Assembly (NCBI RefSeq): GCF_006345805.1
Contig: NC_043018.1
Span: forward strand, 1,116,001 to 1,180,000
Origin: Octopus sinensis
Taxonomy: Eukaryota
Direction of reading: 5' to 3'
DNA: 64,000 nucleotides
Of the stretch, positions 62,774 to 64,000 are shown piece by piece; the first letter of the stretch is position 1, and the number at the start of each line of letters is the position of its first letter. Under the pieces are notes generated by a model. That model made no database searches and had not been told where the DNA came from. It was given only the letters and a program-made list of their open reading frames with translations. Both the position numbers and the translations under genes were made by a program.

Positions 62774-63970
62774 TACTGGGTGCGCTGAATAAACTGTCAT
62801 CTAAATTACGCAAAAGCGAAATTAAATAAAAAATATCTTGAATTACTAAAGAGTAAATTTATTCAATAAAATCGCCATTGACCTCCTGCGAATTCGGTAT
62901 TTTCAGCAATTTTTTCTCGACGGTCTCCTTGTTTAAGTTGGTGAATGGTGCCATAATCCTTACCTTCAGTTCATCTTTGGTGTTACGAGGAGTTTTGTTG
63001 GTCTCTCGCTCAACTGCGATCCACGCATAATAAAGGGGTTTGCAGTGTGGGGATTTAGGTGGCCAGAAGTTACTGGTGATGTAGTCGCAGAAATTGTCTG
63101 ATAGCCATTGGGTTCTCCTGCTTCTGTGACATGGTGCAGAGTCCTGTTTTCAGACATAGGGTCTTCTAGCTGCAACCTTCTTGACCACGAGCAGCTCTAC
63201 TTCCTCTAAGCACTTCATGTAGGCCTCCGTGTTGTGTGTGTGGCCATGTTGGACGATGAGTGGCGGCATATCGTCGCCGTTGCAAGTGATCATTCCAAGT
63301 ACCATGATGTTGACTGGATGTTTGATTTTTATCACTCTCAGTACATGCTTTGGAGACTTGGCAAGCTAACAAGTATTATGTGTATTCACTTTCTGAACCT
63401 GGTAGAAGTTTTTCTCGTCTGAGAAAAACCAAAGTATGTTCAGTTGGGGAGAATGTTTGAGTTCGTTCAAAAGCTTCGTAGGGTGGTTTTTCTCTTGTTC
63501 TTGATGGCTTGGGATAAAAATTGGTTCTCTCTCTTCCTGTATGAGGAATACTGAAAGTCTTCATGCACTACCTGCCTGATAAGAAAGTCAGACACTCCCA
63601 TGTCCATGGCGATGGTCTTCATTGATTAGAGGGATCGTTGTCAATTATGACCTGAATCTCACCAACAAATTCAGAAGTTCTTTTCTTATCACCGTTATCC
63701 TCACCCAACTCATTCGGATTCTTCTGCACTCTCCTCAGGTTGACACGCGAACACTCTGAAATGTTCATAGTATTGAAGATCTTCTGGTGCGAATGCAAAA
63801 CAGTACAGCATGTAGTTTCTACATTTCTGACAGAGTGAATTGATTCGTGATGCTATTTTCTCACAAAAGGTGCTCAGCTGACTCTATTATACTTGTGTAG
63901 TCACCTAAATCAAAAGCAATAAATACGCATCCACGAAATCAAAAATATAAAATTCTGACAGTTTACCTGT
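62774..63970 (-). mobile_element. Decayed Tc1/mariner DNA transposon, DD37D (maT)-like
   Basis: Minus strand has WFFSDEKNF (D1), PYV*KQDSAPCH (D2) and WPPKSPHCKPLYY (decayed SPDxNPLDY; 36 residues after D2 here, so 37 would need one restored deletion). Left end TA|tactgggtgcg; partial matching right end tgacagttta. Confidence 0.8.
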
Positions 63971-64000
63971 CGAAATATGAATATGTGTCTTTGTCTGCTT

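Overview
AT-rich, microsatellite-saturated eukaryotic DNA, most likely cephalopod (octopus-type SINEs from recall; abundant (TA)n, (TATC)n, (TATG)n, (ATC)n). There is one 100-N scaffold gap (11527-11626). No host protein-coding gene can be supported, and almost all listed ORFs are microsatellite translations. The recognisable coding DNA is transposon-derived: a near full-length L1/Tx1-clade LINE (27156-33384) and an inverted 5'-truncated sister copy (4238-6284), both embedded in (TATC)n; a Penelope-like GIY-YIG fragment with inverted terminal repeats (35088-36120); RTE, RTE-BovB and CR1-like 3' fragments; and a decayed DD37D-like Tc1/mariner transposase. The ORF track misses the most notable signal: several unrelated small non-coding repeat families carry type I hammerhead ribozyme folds and end in (TA)n. 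Two look catalytically intact (7303-7360 and 41777-41860, both minus strand). One has a compensated U3-A8 core inside the Penelope terminal repeat, and one family has a recurrent CUGUAGA core. This looks like a retrozyme / non-autonomous Penelope system. SINEs show modular swapping of bodies and tails, a TSD-flanked two-family chimera, and 3' tails shared with the local Tx1 and CR1-like LINEs. All analysis was by eye; coordinates of degenerate repeats are approximate.
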